The position numbers were made by a program, and so were the translations under genes. From NCBI GenBank assembly GCA_050250895.1, contig JBFWNU010000006.1, positions 151,513 to 215,512 on the forward strand: 64,000 nucleotides of DNA. The letters run 5' to 3'. Shown here one piece after another: positions 9,431 to 19,342 of the stretch. The notes beneath the pieces are model-generated. The model was given only the letters and a program-made list of their open reading frames with translations. It did no database searches and was not told the origin of the DNA. This DNA comes from Vulcanimicrobiota bacterium. GTDB taxonomy: Bacteria > Vulcanimicrobiota > Xenobia > Xenobiales > JADMJV01. Every line of letters starts with the position of its first letter. Within the stretch, counting starts at the first letter, position 1.

Positions 9431-10246
9431 ATGGCGGATTCATCCCCTGGAAAACACCTCGATTTTTTCGACCCGGTCCGGGCCCGCCCGGTGCCCTCCA
9501 CCTACTATCCCGGGGGGGACTGTCTGGCCCTCTTTTCGGTCGGTTTCGGCGGTAGTCGCGATGGCTACGCTTATCTGGCCCGGCACTGGCAAAGCCTTGG
9601 ATTTTCGGTTTTGGTGGTAGAGCATGCGGGCAGTGGAGTAGAGGCTCTACGCCAACTCAACCGGCAGGGCCGCCAGCGGCGAGACGAACTTCTGTGGCAG
9701 CGCGTGGTGGACCCGGTCGAGGTGGCCCATCGTCCGCGCGATGCCTCGTTCGCCCTGACCAGCCTGATCGCTAGCCAGGGCCGGCCCGGGCGCGTGCTGG
9801 CGGCCGGGCACTCCTTTGGCTCCTACACCGTGCTTGCCCTGGCCGGCCTGCCGATCTGGGGCCGAAGTCGCTACGCCGACCCCCGCATCGAGGCGGGTTT
9901 GGCCATTTCACCCACTCCTCCCGGTGTCCACTTCTATCCCGAGAGCTACGCTGAACTGACGATGCCGATGCTCTTTCTGACCGGAACCCTTGATGATGTG
10001 CGCGAGGGGGTGGGCTATCAGGCTCGACTCGAGAGTTTTCGACTGGCCGGTGGGGCTGACCAGCATCTGGTCGTGCTCGAGGGGGCCCAACACCTGGCCT
10101 TTGCCAATATCGGGCTGGGTTTGGGACCGATCCTTTCCCAGGTCAAGGCGGTTACCGGCGCTTACCTCGAAAGTTGGCGCGACGGGCACGCCTTTCGTGC
10201 CCCCAGAGAGGTTCACTGGGAGCAAAGGGGAAGTGGGCAGCGGTGA
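9431..10246 (+). CDS. Alpha/beta hydrolase (dienelactone hydrolase/PAF-AH-like)
   Basis: GHSFG elbow, TGTLDD, GAQHLAF. Start moved to ATG 9431 to avoid overlap with trmH. Confidence 0.8.
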   Translation: MADSSPGKHLDFFDPVRARPVPSTYYPGGDCLALFSVGFGGSRDGYAYLARHWQSLGFSVLVVEHAGSGVEALRQLNRQGRQRRDELLWQRVVDPVEVAHRPRDASFALTSLIASQGRPGRVLAAGHSFGSYTVLALAGLPIWGRSRYADPRIEAGLAISPTPPGVHFYPESYAELTMPMLFLTGTLDDVREGVGYQARLESFRLAGGADQHLVVLEGAQHLAFANIGLGLGPILSQVKAVTGAYLESWRDGHAFRAPREVHWEQRGSGQR

Positions 10247-10956
10247 TTGTCAGCAACCAGAAACGACGTCTCCGGAGCCAGCTCGAAGAGCAAGGCTACG
10301 CGGCTCTACCTGCCGCTGAGATCGAGTTGGCCCGCCCTGCCCGCGAAGGGCTCGAGCGTCTGGCGGCCAGTTTCTCGGAATTGCCCCAGGATCGGCATAT
10401 GGGCGACGGCGGCAGCTATCGCTTCCGGCGTTTTAGCCGGTTTCGTTTCGACTCGATCAGCGGTCGACTCGACCCCCTGGCCGACACCTCGATTTATCAG
10501 TCGCTCGAGGATAACCCCCTCAACGGGGGCGTTTTGCGTACCTTCGAGGGTTTGCGAGCCGAAGTCGCCAACGAGCCCCTGCTAAGGGACCTGATCGCCT
10601 TTGATTTCGACAACCTGCCAGCCTCACCGGGGCTGTGGGTGGTCGGGGTTCACCAGGTTCGCATCTGCACCCACCAGGGACGGCCCGGCAAACCCACTCC
10701 CGAAGGTATCCACATCGATGGCGAAAGTTTTACGGTGCAACATCTGGTGTCTCGTAGCAATATCGAGGGCGGAGTCTTCAGGACCTATAACCAGCAGCGC
10801 GACCCGGTCTTCGAATGGCTACAAACCCAACCGCTGGATTCGATGTTCTTCACCGGGACCACGCTGCACAGCGCCAGCGAGATCCACTGTGCCAGTCCGG
10901 ATGGCCCCGGCTTTCGGGATATTTTCTTGATCGATTTCGATCCGCTACTTGCGTAG
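10243..10956 (+). CDS. 2OG-Fe(II) dioxygenase family protein
   Basis: PTPEGIHIDG (HxD), LHSAS, RDIFLIDF. GTGA start/stop overlap with the upstream gene. Confidence 0.85.
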   Translation: MIVSNQKRRLRSQLEEQGYAALPAAEIELARPAREGLERLAASFSELPQDRHMGDGGSYRFRRFSRFRFDSISGRLDPLADTSIYQSLEDNPLNGGVLRTFEGLRAEVANEPLLRDLIAFDFDNLPASPGLWVVGVHQVRICTHQGRPGKPTPEGIHIDGESFTVQHLVSRSNIEGGVFRTYNQQRDPVFEWLQTQPLDSMFFTGTTLHSASEIHCASPDGPGFRDIFLIDFDPLLA

Positions 10957-11847
10957 GACACGAGCGCGGTTGTAGATCCAGACACCCCAGGGATATTTGA
11001 CCTCAGGGTCGTCGGTGATCCAGCGGTCCATCTGGTTGATGATCCATCCCTCTTTGCCTGCCAGATCTCCGTCGCTGACCACGCTTACGTAGAAGCCGGC
11101 GACGTTAAAGATGTTGCTGTCGTAGTCTTTCCTGTTCTTGGGGATGGGGCCACGCCAGGCCGTCTTGCTGTACAGGAACTCGGTCTTGCTAAGGATCTGG
11201 ACTTTGGTGCCCTTCGGCAGCAACGACGATTCTTCTTCGCCCTCGGGATAGACTTCCATCTCCCACAGGCGCCGTTCACCCGCTTTGGTGAGGTTCTGGC
11301 TGGCGCCGGTGAACATCCGCGTATCCTCTTTGAGATCGTAGGCGGCCCCCTTTTCGATCTCCCAGGCTCGAGTCTTGTCCAGGGTTTCGGCCCCCACTTC
11401 CGAGCGCGACTCGAGCGTCTTGGCGTGGGCCGAGGCGATGTAAGAGCGAGCCTTGTCGGCGTGCGGGGATTTCGGAGCCAGTTCCACCACCCGGGCCGCA
11501 TATTTGAAAGCCTCGGAGTCGGTGGACGGTTCGGCTTCTTCATTGCCGAGAGTCAGGAGCATCAAAAAGTGGGCTTCGACATCGTCGGGTTTTTGCTTGA
11601 GGATCTCTTCAAGGACGGGCTTGGCCTCTTCATAATTCCGAGCGTAGACCAAATCTTCGGCTTTGGTGAAAAGCTTATGGAAAGCGATCTCTTCGGCGCT
11701 TGGTCCCTCTGGGGTTGGGGTCGCTTCAGCCGTCGGGGCGGCCGTGACGGTCGCGACCGGACTCGGCGTTGCGCCAGCGCCACCGCCACCACATGCTGCC
11801 ATAGTTGTTGCCAGAGCAATACCCATCGCCACGAAATATCTACGCAC
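10945..11847 (-). CDS. TPR-containing lipoprotein
   Basis: GTG start after AAGGAG; lipobox MAAC; Pro/Thr linker; TPR-like helices (AEDLVYARNYEEAKPVLEEILKQKPDD). Confidence 0.75.
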   Translation of the reverse strand: MRRYFVAMGIALATTMAACGGGGAGATPSPVATVTAAPTAEATPTPEGPSAEEIAFHKLFTKAEDLVYARNYEEAKPVLEEILKQKPDDVEAHFLMLLTLGNEEAEPSTDSEAFKYAARVVELAPKSPHADKARSYIASAHAKTLESRSEVGAETLDKTRAWEIEKGAAYDLKEDTRMFTGASQNLTKAGERRLWEMEVYPEGEEESSLLPKGTKVQILSKTEFLYSKTAWRGPIPKNRKDYDSNIFNVAGFYVSVVSDGDLAGKEGWIINQMDRWITDDPEVKYPWGVWIYNRARVLRK

Positions 11848-11961
11848 AAACCAACTCCTTTGAATCTGTTTCATGGCTTCGCGCCCGACCACTTGATCCC
11901 TACAGTCAAAGGATGTTAACATCGCCCGGGGGGCCGCCGTCCCCGTGAATTGGGGTGTCAA

Positions 11962-12618
11962 GTGAGAGAACAAAGAATCGCCAACCGTTTCGATTGTGAC
12001 CGTCTCGTGCTGTTTGCGAGTGCCGAGAAGTCCGGCGTGGCGTCGGTCAAGGAAGTCAGCTTCTCGGGTCTGCGGCTCACGGCGAACCAACGGCTTTTGC
12101 CGGGGTGCGTGTTGACCCTTTCGCCCCTGACTGCGCCAGGTGAGCAGCGCGGCGTGAAGGGCAGGGTTTGCTGGACATCTGCCGGCCAGGGGCCGTTCGA
12201 ACTGGGTGTGCAACTGATGGATTCCCCTCACCAGGTCTCGCAGACGTTCGTCGGCGACGAGTTGGCCGCCCGCGAGGGCCGGCCTTCGCGCATCTTCCAG
12301 CGGCGTCGGACGGTGCGCATGGCGATTCGCCAGGCCGTTCGGGTGGGATTGGCTTTCTCGAGCCAGCAGGATGCCGAACTCGAGGATATCAGTCTGGGCG
12401 GTTGCGCCCTGCGTTGCCGGCAAAACTGGGCGGTGGGGATGCGGCTGATGGTGTGGGCCGTCTTGCCTACCACGCCCCTGGTCGTGTCGGCCCGGGTGGT
12501 GGGTCGTCGTCACGACGGCCTGTCGTGCTTGAAGTTCGAAAATCTCTCGGGCTGGCAAGAGCGAACCCTTGAAGACTGGATTCGCACTCACCAGGGCCGA
12601 CTTGAAGTCCCGGCCTGA
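11962..12618 (+). CDS. Tandem PilZ-domain protein
   Basis: REQRIANR...EVSFSGLRL and QRRRTVR...DISLGGCAL (RxxxR and D/NxSxxG motifs). Confidence 0.8.
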   Translation: MREQRIANRFDCDRLVLFASAEKSGVASVKEVSFSGLRLTANQRLLPGCVLTLSPLTAPGEQRGVKGRVCWTSAGQGPFELGVQLMDSPHQVSQTFVGDELAAREGRPSRIFQRRRTVRMAIRQAVRVGLAFSSQQDAELEDISLGGCALRCRQNWAVGMRLMVWAVLPTTPLVVSARVVGRRHDGLSCLKFENLSGWQERTLEDWIRTHQGRLEVPA

Positions 12619-12620
12619 TC

Positions 12621-13190
12621 GTGCCTCGTCTATTGATTGTAGAGGACGAACCTTTGACCCGGCGGGTCATGGAGGTAATTCTCGGAGCCGAGGGGTTTGA
12701 GTGTAGCGCCGTCGCCAGCGTGGACGAAGCGGCTCAGTTGCTTCACGAGGCCGACTTCGACCTGATGCTGCTGGACTGTTTTACCCCTGACTTTCGCGCT
12801 CCTGAATTGCTCGAATTGGCTCGGCTTCGCCAGCCCGACCTGCCGACCGTATGCGTCACCTCGGCCACGGACCGGGAGGTCGCGGCCCGATGCCTGGCCG
12901 TAGGAGCCAGATCGGTGCTGCTCAAGCCGGTGGGAGAAGGGGTGTTGCGCTGGGTGGCCCGGGGCTTTACCCAGCCCCCCGTCGAGCCGACCGAGGTCCG
13001 GGCGGCGTTGGCCAGAACCGTGGCCGAACTGCAGGAACAGCCTGATTCCTCCCGGGCTCTCGAGTTGGCCGAATTGGCGCAGGCGCGAGGCTGGTTCAGG
13101 ATCGAGGCGGTCGCTCGAGCCCTGGCCGCAGGTTTGGAAACCGAAAACGCGGCTGCCCTGCTGGACTGGCTCGTAGACGAAGCTGGCTGA
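12621..13190 (+). CDS. Response regulator receiver protein
   Basis: LLIVEDE, DLMLLD, VTS and LLKP receiver motifs, followed by a helical C-terminus. Confidence 0.85.
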   Translation: MPRLLIVEDEPLTRRVMEVILGAEGFECSAVASVDEAAQLLHEADFDLMLLDCFTPDFRAPELLELARLRQPDLPTVCVTSATDREVAARCLAVGARSVLLKPVGEGVLRWVARGFTQPPVEPTEVRAALARTVAELQEQPDSSRALELAELAQARGWFRIEAVARALAAGLETENAAALLDWLVDEAG

Positions 13191-13200
13191 CGAATTTCGG

Positions 13201-13587
13201 TCAGCGCGAGGCGTCGAAGCTGCCGACCACCTTGAGATTGGTATCTACCACCAGGTCAAAGTTGCCTCGAGCGATGCCGCCCAGTGTCTGGACGGTCAGT
13301 TCGCCGGAAGCAACCTGGTGGGTGGCCTGGCCGAGCTTGAGTTCACCGCTGGCGATGGGAATGGTTTTGCCGACCACGTCGCCCTCGACCCCCGAGGCTA
13401 CCAATCGGACCGTGACTTCGGGACCCTGGCCTTCGAGCAGCAGCTGTCCGGATTCTATCTGTAGGTGGGCGCTGGCTGTGCTGTAGGACTTGCCTCCCAG
13501 GGTAAAACCCACAAAGGTCCGCTGCTCGGAGGAGCAGGCCGCCATCAAGATGCAAGCTAGCAACCCTAGAATCAGCCGGCTTTTCAT
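13201..13587 (-). CDS. Hypothetical lipoprotein
   Basis: MKSRLILGLLACILMAACSS lipobox; beta-rich mature part. Confidence 0.7.
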   Translation of the reverse strand: MKSRLILGLLACILMAACSSEQRTFVGFTLGGKSYSTASAHLQIESGQLLLEGQGPEVTVRLVASGVEGDVVGKTIPIASGELKLGQATHQVASGELTVQTLGGIARGNFDLVVDTNLKVVGSFDASR

Positions 13588-13658
13588 GGCCACCTGATTC
13601 GGCTCGTTCCCGAGCCTCCCTGCGCAGGGATCGTCGTTTTGCCGACAAAGCCGCGGGG

Positions 13659-14522
13659 ATGCATCAGACAGTACTAGTTGTGGGAGCCGGCACCATGGGG
13701 TCGGGCATTGCCGAGGTGGCTGCCCGGGCGGGGCTGGCGGTAAGACTCTACGATGTCACCCGCGAGCGCGGATTGGCCGGCCTCGAGGCGGTGAGGCGTT
13801 CGCTGGATCGCGGAGTCGCCAAGGCCAAGCTCAGTCGCACCGAGGCCGATGAAGTGCTGGCTCGCATCGAAGTCGTCGAGCAGCTCCGGGCCACCGACTG
13901 CTCAGCCGTGTTCGAGGCGGTCAGCGAAAACATCCAACTCAAGAAAGAGCTTTTCGCGCAGCTCTCGGAGCAGGCCCCGCGGGCCTTGCTGGCCAGCAAC
14001 ACCTCGTCTTTGTCGATCACCGAGGTAGCGGCCGCGACGGCCGCTCCCGACCGGGTGGTGGGAATGCACTTCTTCAATCCCGCCCCCATCATGGACTTGC
14101 TCGAGATCGTGATGGCGGTGCAGACCTCTCCAGCCTCTCTCGACCAGGCCCGCCAACTGGCCGAGCGGTTCGGCAAGACGCCGATCGTGGTTCGCGACGT
14201 GGCCGGGTTTGCCACCTCTCGGTTGGGTATTCTGCTCGGCATGGAGGCGATCCGGATGGTCGAGACCGGGGTAGCCTCGGCGGCTGACATCGACACCGCC
14301 ATGGAACTTGGCTACCGCCACCCGATGGGACCTTTGAAGCTTACCGACCTGGTGGGCCTCGACGTGAGGCTGGCCATCGCCGAGCATCTCGCTCACGAAC
14401 TGGGTCCGCAGTTCAACCCCCCGCCACTTTTGCGAACCATGGTCCGGGCTGGCCGTCTCGGTAAGAAGACCGGCCAGGGTTTTTATCGCTGGGAGGGCAA
14501 CCAGGCTCACCCCGTGGGTTGA
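13659..14522 (+). CDS. 3-hydroxyacyl/3-hydroxybutyryl-CoA dehydrogenase
   Basis: GAGTMGSG, NTSSLS, GMHFFNP, HPMGPLKLTDLVGLD. Confidence 0.93.
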   Translation: MHQTVLVVGAGTMGSGIAEVAARAGLAVRLYDVTRERGLAGLEAVRRSLDRGVAKAKLSRTEADEVLARIEVVEQLRATDCSAVFEAVSENIQLKKELFAQLSEQAPRALLASNTSSLSITEVAAATAAPDRVVGMHFFNPAPIMDLLEIVMAVQTSPASLDQARQLAERFGKTPIVVRDVAGFATSRLGILLGMEAIRMVETGVASAADIDTAMELGYRHPMGPLKLTDLVGLDVRLAIAEHLAHELGPQFNPPPLLRTMVRAGRLGKKTGQGFYRWEGNQAHPVG

Positions 14523-14561
14523 CAAAAGGAACGCCCGCGCCACCCCTCGAACGCGGGCCGA

Positions 14562-14816
14562 ATGGCAAGATTATCAGCCTCGGTAAACGAGGAGACCAAA
14601 AACGCCCTCTACGAGGCAGCCGAAAAGCAAGGTGTTGCCGTCAGCCACATCGTTCAAGCTGCTCTAGACAGCTATCTCGGCAGCGGTAAATCAGCAGCCA
14701 GCCCGGGTCTCGAAGGCCTCGAAAGCCAGGTCCGCGATCTGACCGCTATGGTGGCAGCTCTCCGCCAGGAACTGGCGTCGGGGCCGCGCCGCTCGATTAC
14801 GCCGCGCTACTTCTGA
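14562..14816 (+). CDS. Ribbon-helix-helix (CopG-like) protein with coiled-coil tail
   Basis: RLSASVNEETKNALYEAAEKQGVAVSHIVQAALDSYL. Confidence 0.7.
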   Translation: MARLSASVNEETKNALYEAAEKQGVAVSHIVQAALDSYLGSGKSAASPGLEGLESQVRDLTAMVAALRQELASGPRRSITPRYF

Positions 14817-15244
14817 TCCGTGGGCTTGAGAATGTAGATCGGCGTGTGGCAGAGGCGTACGACCTTTTCGGCCACGCTGCCTAGCATGAAGCGGGCGAAC
14901 CCCGTTCTGCCGTGGCTCGACATCACAATCAGATCGGCCTTCTCTTTGTCAGCCGTGTCCACTACCGCGTGAGCCGGGCTCGGTCCAGGGTGCATATGGG
15001 TTTCGACGGCGAAACCCCGGTCACTCCATTTGGCCTTCAGGCCCTCGAGATAGGTGCGAACCATCTTTTCTTCCTCTTGATGGGCCACCACCGCGTCGAT
15101 AGGCGCCCACACCCCGATCTGGGGAAACTCGAGCACCCGGATGAGGACGAGCGTACCCTCTCGATCGAGTAGATCGGCGGCGGTCTCGACCGCTCGCTCG
15201 GATAGTTCAGAGCCGTCCAGGGGGACAACGATTCTTTGCGACAT
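14807..15244 (-). CDS. Universal stress protein (UspA family)
   Basis: IVVPLDGS, DLIVMSSHGRTG..LGSVAEKVVR; AGGAGG SD. Confidence 0.93.
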   Translation of the reverse strand: MSQRIVVPLDGSELSERAVETAADLLDREGTLVLIRVLEFPQIGVWAPIDAVVAHQEEEKMVRTYLEGLKAKWSDRGFAVETHMHPGPSPAHAVVDTADKEKADLIVMSSHGRTGFARFMLGSVAEKVVRLCHTPIYILKPTDQK

Positions 15245-15303
15245 ATGCACCTCCTATGGGATCGTCACATAGACGACCGGTTCGTTCAATGATATGCGTC
15301 AGC

Positions 15304-17610
15304 CTACTCGGCCGGAGGGATCTCGACCGGAACCGGGACCGGTTCGGGAGGAGGCGGAAGCTCGACCGGAGCGGCCGGAGGCGCCTCGATGGGCACCGGC
15401 GGCGGAGCCTCGACCGGGGCGGGAGCCACCGGAGCGGGTCCCGGCGCGGCCTCCATAGGCACCTCGGTCGGCAACTCGACCTGAGTGGGAACTGGGATCT
15501 CGGCCGGGTTATCAAAATTTACGTTCAGCGGTTTGGGAGCAGCTGTAGGTTGCTCGACCGCTTTGGTGGTCGGCTTGGCTTGCGTGTGGGTGCTCACGCC
15601 CGTGCTCGGAGCCGAGGTCGGCGGGCCGTGCAGGGTGCAGAAGCGACCAGGCAACGAATTCCGCGGATAGAGCTTGCGCAGAGCCCGGGGGCAGTTCGGA
15701 CCAATCCGCATCTTAGAATCGGCGCACACCAGCAGACCGACCTTCAGCGGATGGGTAATGGGAAGCTTCGAGGTTTTGGTGTTGCGCAGCGCATACTTCA
15801 TCACTTCGTGCCAGATGCCGGCCGGCAAATCGCCACCGTAGGAACGCCACATCTGGGTGAAGTCGTCGTTGCCCACCCAGACTGCCGTGGTGTAGTCCCG
15901 GGTGTATCCCACGAACCAGGCATCGCGAAAACTGTCGGTGGTCCCGGTCTTGCCGGCCACTTCGTGGTTTTCAAGATAGGCGCGCGTCCCGGTACCGGCC
16001 TGGACCACGGCCCGCATCATCTCCATCATGGAAGAGGCGGTGGACTCGGACAGGACCTCTTTGGTCTTGGGGTAACGGTTGTCCATCACCACATTGCCGT
16101 CTTTGTCGTAGATGATCTTGATGGGAGTGGCCGGGATGCGGACCCCCTGGTTGGGGAAAGTCGAGACCGCGTCGGCCATCTCGAGGGGCGAGACGTCGGC
16201 AGCGCCCAGGGCTAGCGAGTAGAAAGGATTGAGCTTGCCCTGGATACCCATCGAATGAGCCGTTTCAATGACGCGTTGGATGCCGGTCAACTGCATCAGG
16301 CGAACCGCCACCACGTTGCGCGAGTATTGCAGCGCGGTAGCCATGGTGATGGCGCCCATGAAACGATGGTCCGAGTTCTTGGGGCTCCAGTTGCCGATCT
16401 GAACGGGGGAGTCGGGCACCACCGTGCTCGGCGTATAGCCGCACTCGAGGGCGGTAGCGTAGACAAAGGTCTTGAAGGATGAGCCGGGCTGGCGCAACGC
16501 TTGCCAGGCTCGGTTGAACTGATTCTTGTCGTCCCACCTGGTGCCGCCAACCATAGCCTTGATGAAGCCGGTGCCGTTTTCGATGGTGACCAGGGCTCCG
16601 GTGTGGACGTTGAGATACTGCTGGTCACGCTTGACCATTTCGGTCAGGATCTTCTCGGCCTTGCCTTGCAGCTGAAGATCGACGGTGGTGTAGATTTTGA
16701 GGCCACCCCGGTAGAGCAGGTCTTCATCGAACTCTTTATAGAGTTGCTTGATGACGAAAGTGGTGAAGTAGGGCACCTTCAACACCTCGAACTCGGCCCC
16801 GCGCTTATTGGTCTGGTATTTCATCTCGCGCACCTGGTTGACGGCTTCGCGAAACTCGGCGTGGTTGAGATAGCCCAAATCGCGCATTCGTCGCAGGACC
16901 AGGATCTGGCGTTCTTTGGCGGCTTCGGGGTGAATGAGCGGCGAATACTCGGAGGGAGCCTGGGGTAGCCCGGCCAGCAGGGAAGCCTCGGCCGGGGTCA
17001 GGTCCTTCGGCTTCTTTTTGAAGTAGAGTTCGGCGGCCGAGTGCACACCATAGGTGCCCGAACCCAGGTAGATCTGATTGAGATAGAGCTCGAGAATCTC
17101 GTCCTTGGTATAGTGCTTCTCGATCTCGATGGCCAGCAAGACCTCTTTGAGCTTGCGGTCCATGCTCTGTTTGGGGTTGAGGAACAGGGCTCGCGCCAAC
17201 TGCATGGTGATGGTGCTGGCCCCCTGGGTATCGCTATTGGAAGCCGCCTGTTTGGCCGCGCGCAACACGCCGATGGGGTCGACCCCGCGATGCTCGTAGA
17301 AGCGCGAGTCTTCGATGGCCAGCACGGCGTGCTGAAGATGGGGCGAAATCTGGTCGAGAGGCGTCCAGGTACGGTTCTCTTTAAAGAGAGTGCCGATCAA
17401 CTGCCCGTCAGCGGAGTAGATCTTGGTGGTCAACGACGGCTCGTAATAGGCCAGGGTCGAGACATCGGGCAGCTCTTTGGAAATGTCCTCGAGCACGGTC
17501 TGCACGGCCGAAGCCACCGTCAGCACAATGGCTAGCGCAAACAGCCCCATCGAGATCAGGATGGTCAGGCAGCTACGGCGAACTTTGTGGTTCTTGCTCT
17601 TCTTACTCAT
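15304..17610 (-). CDS. Class A penicillin-binding protein (PBP1A family)
   Basis: TM anchor, EDSRFYEHRG, GASTITMQL, SSFK (SxxK), SRN, KTG; Pro-rich C-terminal tail. Confidence 0.93.
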   Translation of the reverse strand: MSKKSKNHKVRRSCLTILISMGLFALAIVLTVASAVQTVLEDISKELPDVSTLAYYEPSLTTKIYSADGQLIGTLFKENRTWTPLDQISPHLQHAVLAIEDSRFYEHRGVDPIGVLRAAKQAASNSDTQGASTITMQLARALFLNPKQSMDRKLKEVLLAIEIEKHYTKDEILELYLNQIYLGSGTYGVHSAAELYFKKKPKDLTPAEASLLAGLPQAPSEYSPLIHPEAAKERQILVLRRMRDLGYLNHAEFREAVNQVREMKYQTNKRGAEFEVLKVPYFTTFVIKQLYKEFDEDLLYRGGLKIYTTVDLQLQGKAEKILTEMVKRDQQYLNVHTGALVTIENGTGFIKAMVGGTRWDDKNQFNRAWQALRQPGSSFKTFVYATALECGYTPSTVVPDSPVQIGNWSPKNSDHRFMGAITMATALQYSRNVVAVRLMQLTGIQRVIETAHSMGIQGKLNPFYSLALGAADVSPLEMADAVSTFPNQGVRIPATPIKIIYDKDGNVVMDNRYPKTKEVLSESTASSMMEMMRAVVQAGTGTRAYLENHEVAGKTGTTDSFRDAWFVGYTRDYTTAVWVGNDDFTQMWRSYGGDLPAGIWHEVMKYALRNTKTSKLPITHPLKVGLLVCADSKMRIGPNCPRALRKLYPRNSLPGRFCTLHGPPTSAPSTGVSTHTQAKPTTKAVEQPTAAPKPLNVNFDNPAEIPVPTQVELPTEVPMEAAPGPAPVAPAPVEAPPPVPIEAPPAAPVELPPPPEPVPVPVEIPPAE

Positions 17611-17779
17611 GCGCCCCCAGGGTGGGTAAGACCCTGAATTATCTTCAAGATTGTTGGCTGGATTCCCGCCCCGCGGAGGAGGAATCAACCTCTACTTTTA
17701 TAGCCTGGTCGCCAAAAAGTCAAACGGATTCCCGGTTTACCCGGGCAGGATCCGACTAGCCGCTGGTTAACTGCCCCCG

Positions 17780-19006
17780 ATGTCAATTCTACGACCCTTT
17801 CGAGCACTTCGGCCCCAGGCCGCCAAGATCGAGCAGATCGCTGCCGTTCCTTACGATGTCGTCGACCGAGACGAAGCCCAGGCACTGGCCCAGGAACGTC
17901 CGCTGAGCTTTCTCCACATTTCGCGAGCCGAGATCGACCTCGACCCTGAACTCGACCCCTATTCGCCGCAGGTTTACGAACGCGCCCGTATGAATTTTCA
18001 GCAGCTACAGCAAGAGGGGCACCTGGTGGCTGATGAGCAACCTTGCCTCTATATCTATCGCCTCAAGATGGGGGATCACGTCCAGACCGGTATCGCCGCC
18101 ACCTTCTCGGTTGACGAGTACGATGGCTCGCTGATTAAAAAGCACGAAAAGACCCGCAAGGCCAAGGAAGACGACCGCACTCGCCATATCATCGGTTTGC
18201 GCTCTCAGACCGGCCCGGTCTTTCTCACCTATCGTCCTCGCCCCGGTATCGACCAGGAGGTGACCCGACTCACTGCCTCAGCCCCCCTGTACGATTTCAC
18301 GGCCGAAGACGGAGTGGTCCACACGGTCTGGAGAGTGAGCGACTGTGACACGCTGGTCAAAGAATTCGCTCAGCTCAAAGCTCTCTACATCGCCGACGGC
18401 CACCACCGTGCCGCCAGCGCCAGCCGCGCCCGGGCCGCCCTGCGCGAAGAGGCCGGTAATTGGACCGGTGACGAGCCCGCCAACTACTTCCTGGCGGTGG
18501 CCTTTCCGGCGGACCAGGTCCAGATCTTGCCTTACAACCGGATTCTGTATGACCTGGGCGCCCGCACTCCAGCCCAGTTCCTCGAGGCCGTCCAGGCGGC
18601 TTTGCCCACCACCCCCGGGGCGTCCCCCCGTCCCGAGGCACCAGGGCGTTGTTCGCTGTACGTCGAGGGCAAGTGGTACAACGTGGCTCTGGCCCAGTCT
18701 GCCCCGGCCAGCGGCGGCCCCGCCGCCAAGCTCGACGTGGCGGTGCTGCAGGCCAAGGTGCTCGAAGACATCCTCGGCATCGAGGATATCCGCACCGACC
18801 CCCGAGTCGACTTCGTGGGCGGCATCCGGGGCACCGAAGAGCTGGTTCGGCTGGTCGACTCGGGCAAAGCCAAAGCGGCTTTCTCGATGTATGCCACCAG
18901 TCTGGACCAGCTAATGCAGATCTCCGACGCCGACGAGATCATGCCGCCAAAATCGACCTGGTTCGAGCCCAAACTGCGCGACGGCGTGGTCAACCACTCG
19001 ATCTAG
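17780..19006 (+). CDS. DUF1015 family protein
   Basis: PYDVV, IKKHEKT, YIADGHHR, MPPKSTWFEPKLRDG. Confidence 0.9.
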   Translation: MSILRPFRALRPQAAKIEQIAAVPYDVVDRDEAQALAQERPLSFLHISRAEIDLDPELDPYSPQVYERARMNFQQLQQEGHLVADEQPCLYIYRLKMGDHVQTGIAATFSVDEYDGSLIKKHEKTRKAKEDDRTRHIIGLRSQTGPVFLTYRPRPGIDQEVTRLTASAPLYDFTAEDGVVHTVWRVSDCDTLVKEFAQLKALYIADGHHRAASASRARAALREEAGNWTGDEPANYFLAVAFPADQVQILPYNRILYDLGARTPAQFLEAVQAALPTTPGASPRPEAPGRCSLYVEGKWYNVALAQSAPASGGPAAKLDVAVLQAKVLEDILGIEDIRTDPRVDFVGGIRGTEELVRLVDSGKAKAAFSMYATSLDQLMQISDADEIMPPKSTWFEPKLRDGVVNHSI

Positions 19007-19039
19007 CGTCGCTTCGCTTGCGCTCGCCAGCGGGATGGG

Positions 19040-19342
19040 AGCGACGACTTCGTGTACGAGGTGCGGGGGGGCAAGAGCCCCGCAGTCCCAGTAGCACCAG
19101 TCGGACCGTGCTGAGCGGCCAGGATAAGGTAGTTGTTCGAGAAACTCAGGAATGAGCGAACTCAGCGAGTGCGGCGGCGAGCCGTACCTGGATTGGTAGG
19201 CGTCGAGTGCATCGGTGATCCGGCTGGCCTCCTGTCTGGCTTCGTTCGCATGTTGCGGCAGCTCGGCGAGTTGCGGGACCCCGCAGGAGGAGCATCAGTG
19301 CGATTTCTTCAGGCTCTCGAGGGACGCTCGCTTGCCACTCAT
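19040..19342 (-). pseudogene. Probable disrupted gene with a pseudopilin/GspG-like motif
   Basis: The frame open from 19294 downward reads ...EASRITDALDAYQSRYGSPPHSLSSLIPEFLEQLP. There is an in-frame TGA at 19295-19297, and a hydrophobic IALMLLL stretch lies in another frame. Confidence 0.4.

Noticed and set aside
11848-12591. 248-aa N-terminal extension of the TPR lipoprotein given in the ORF track
   Set aside because: It overlaps the PilZ gene antisense; the SD and lipobox place the start at 11847.
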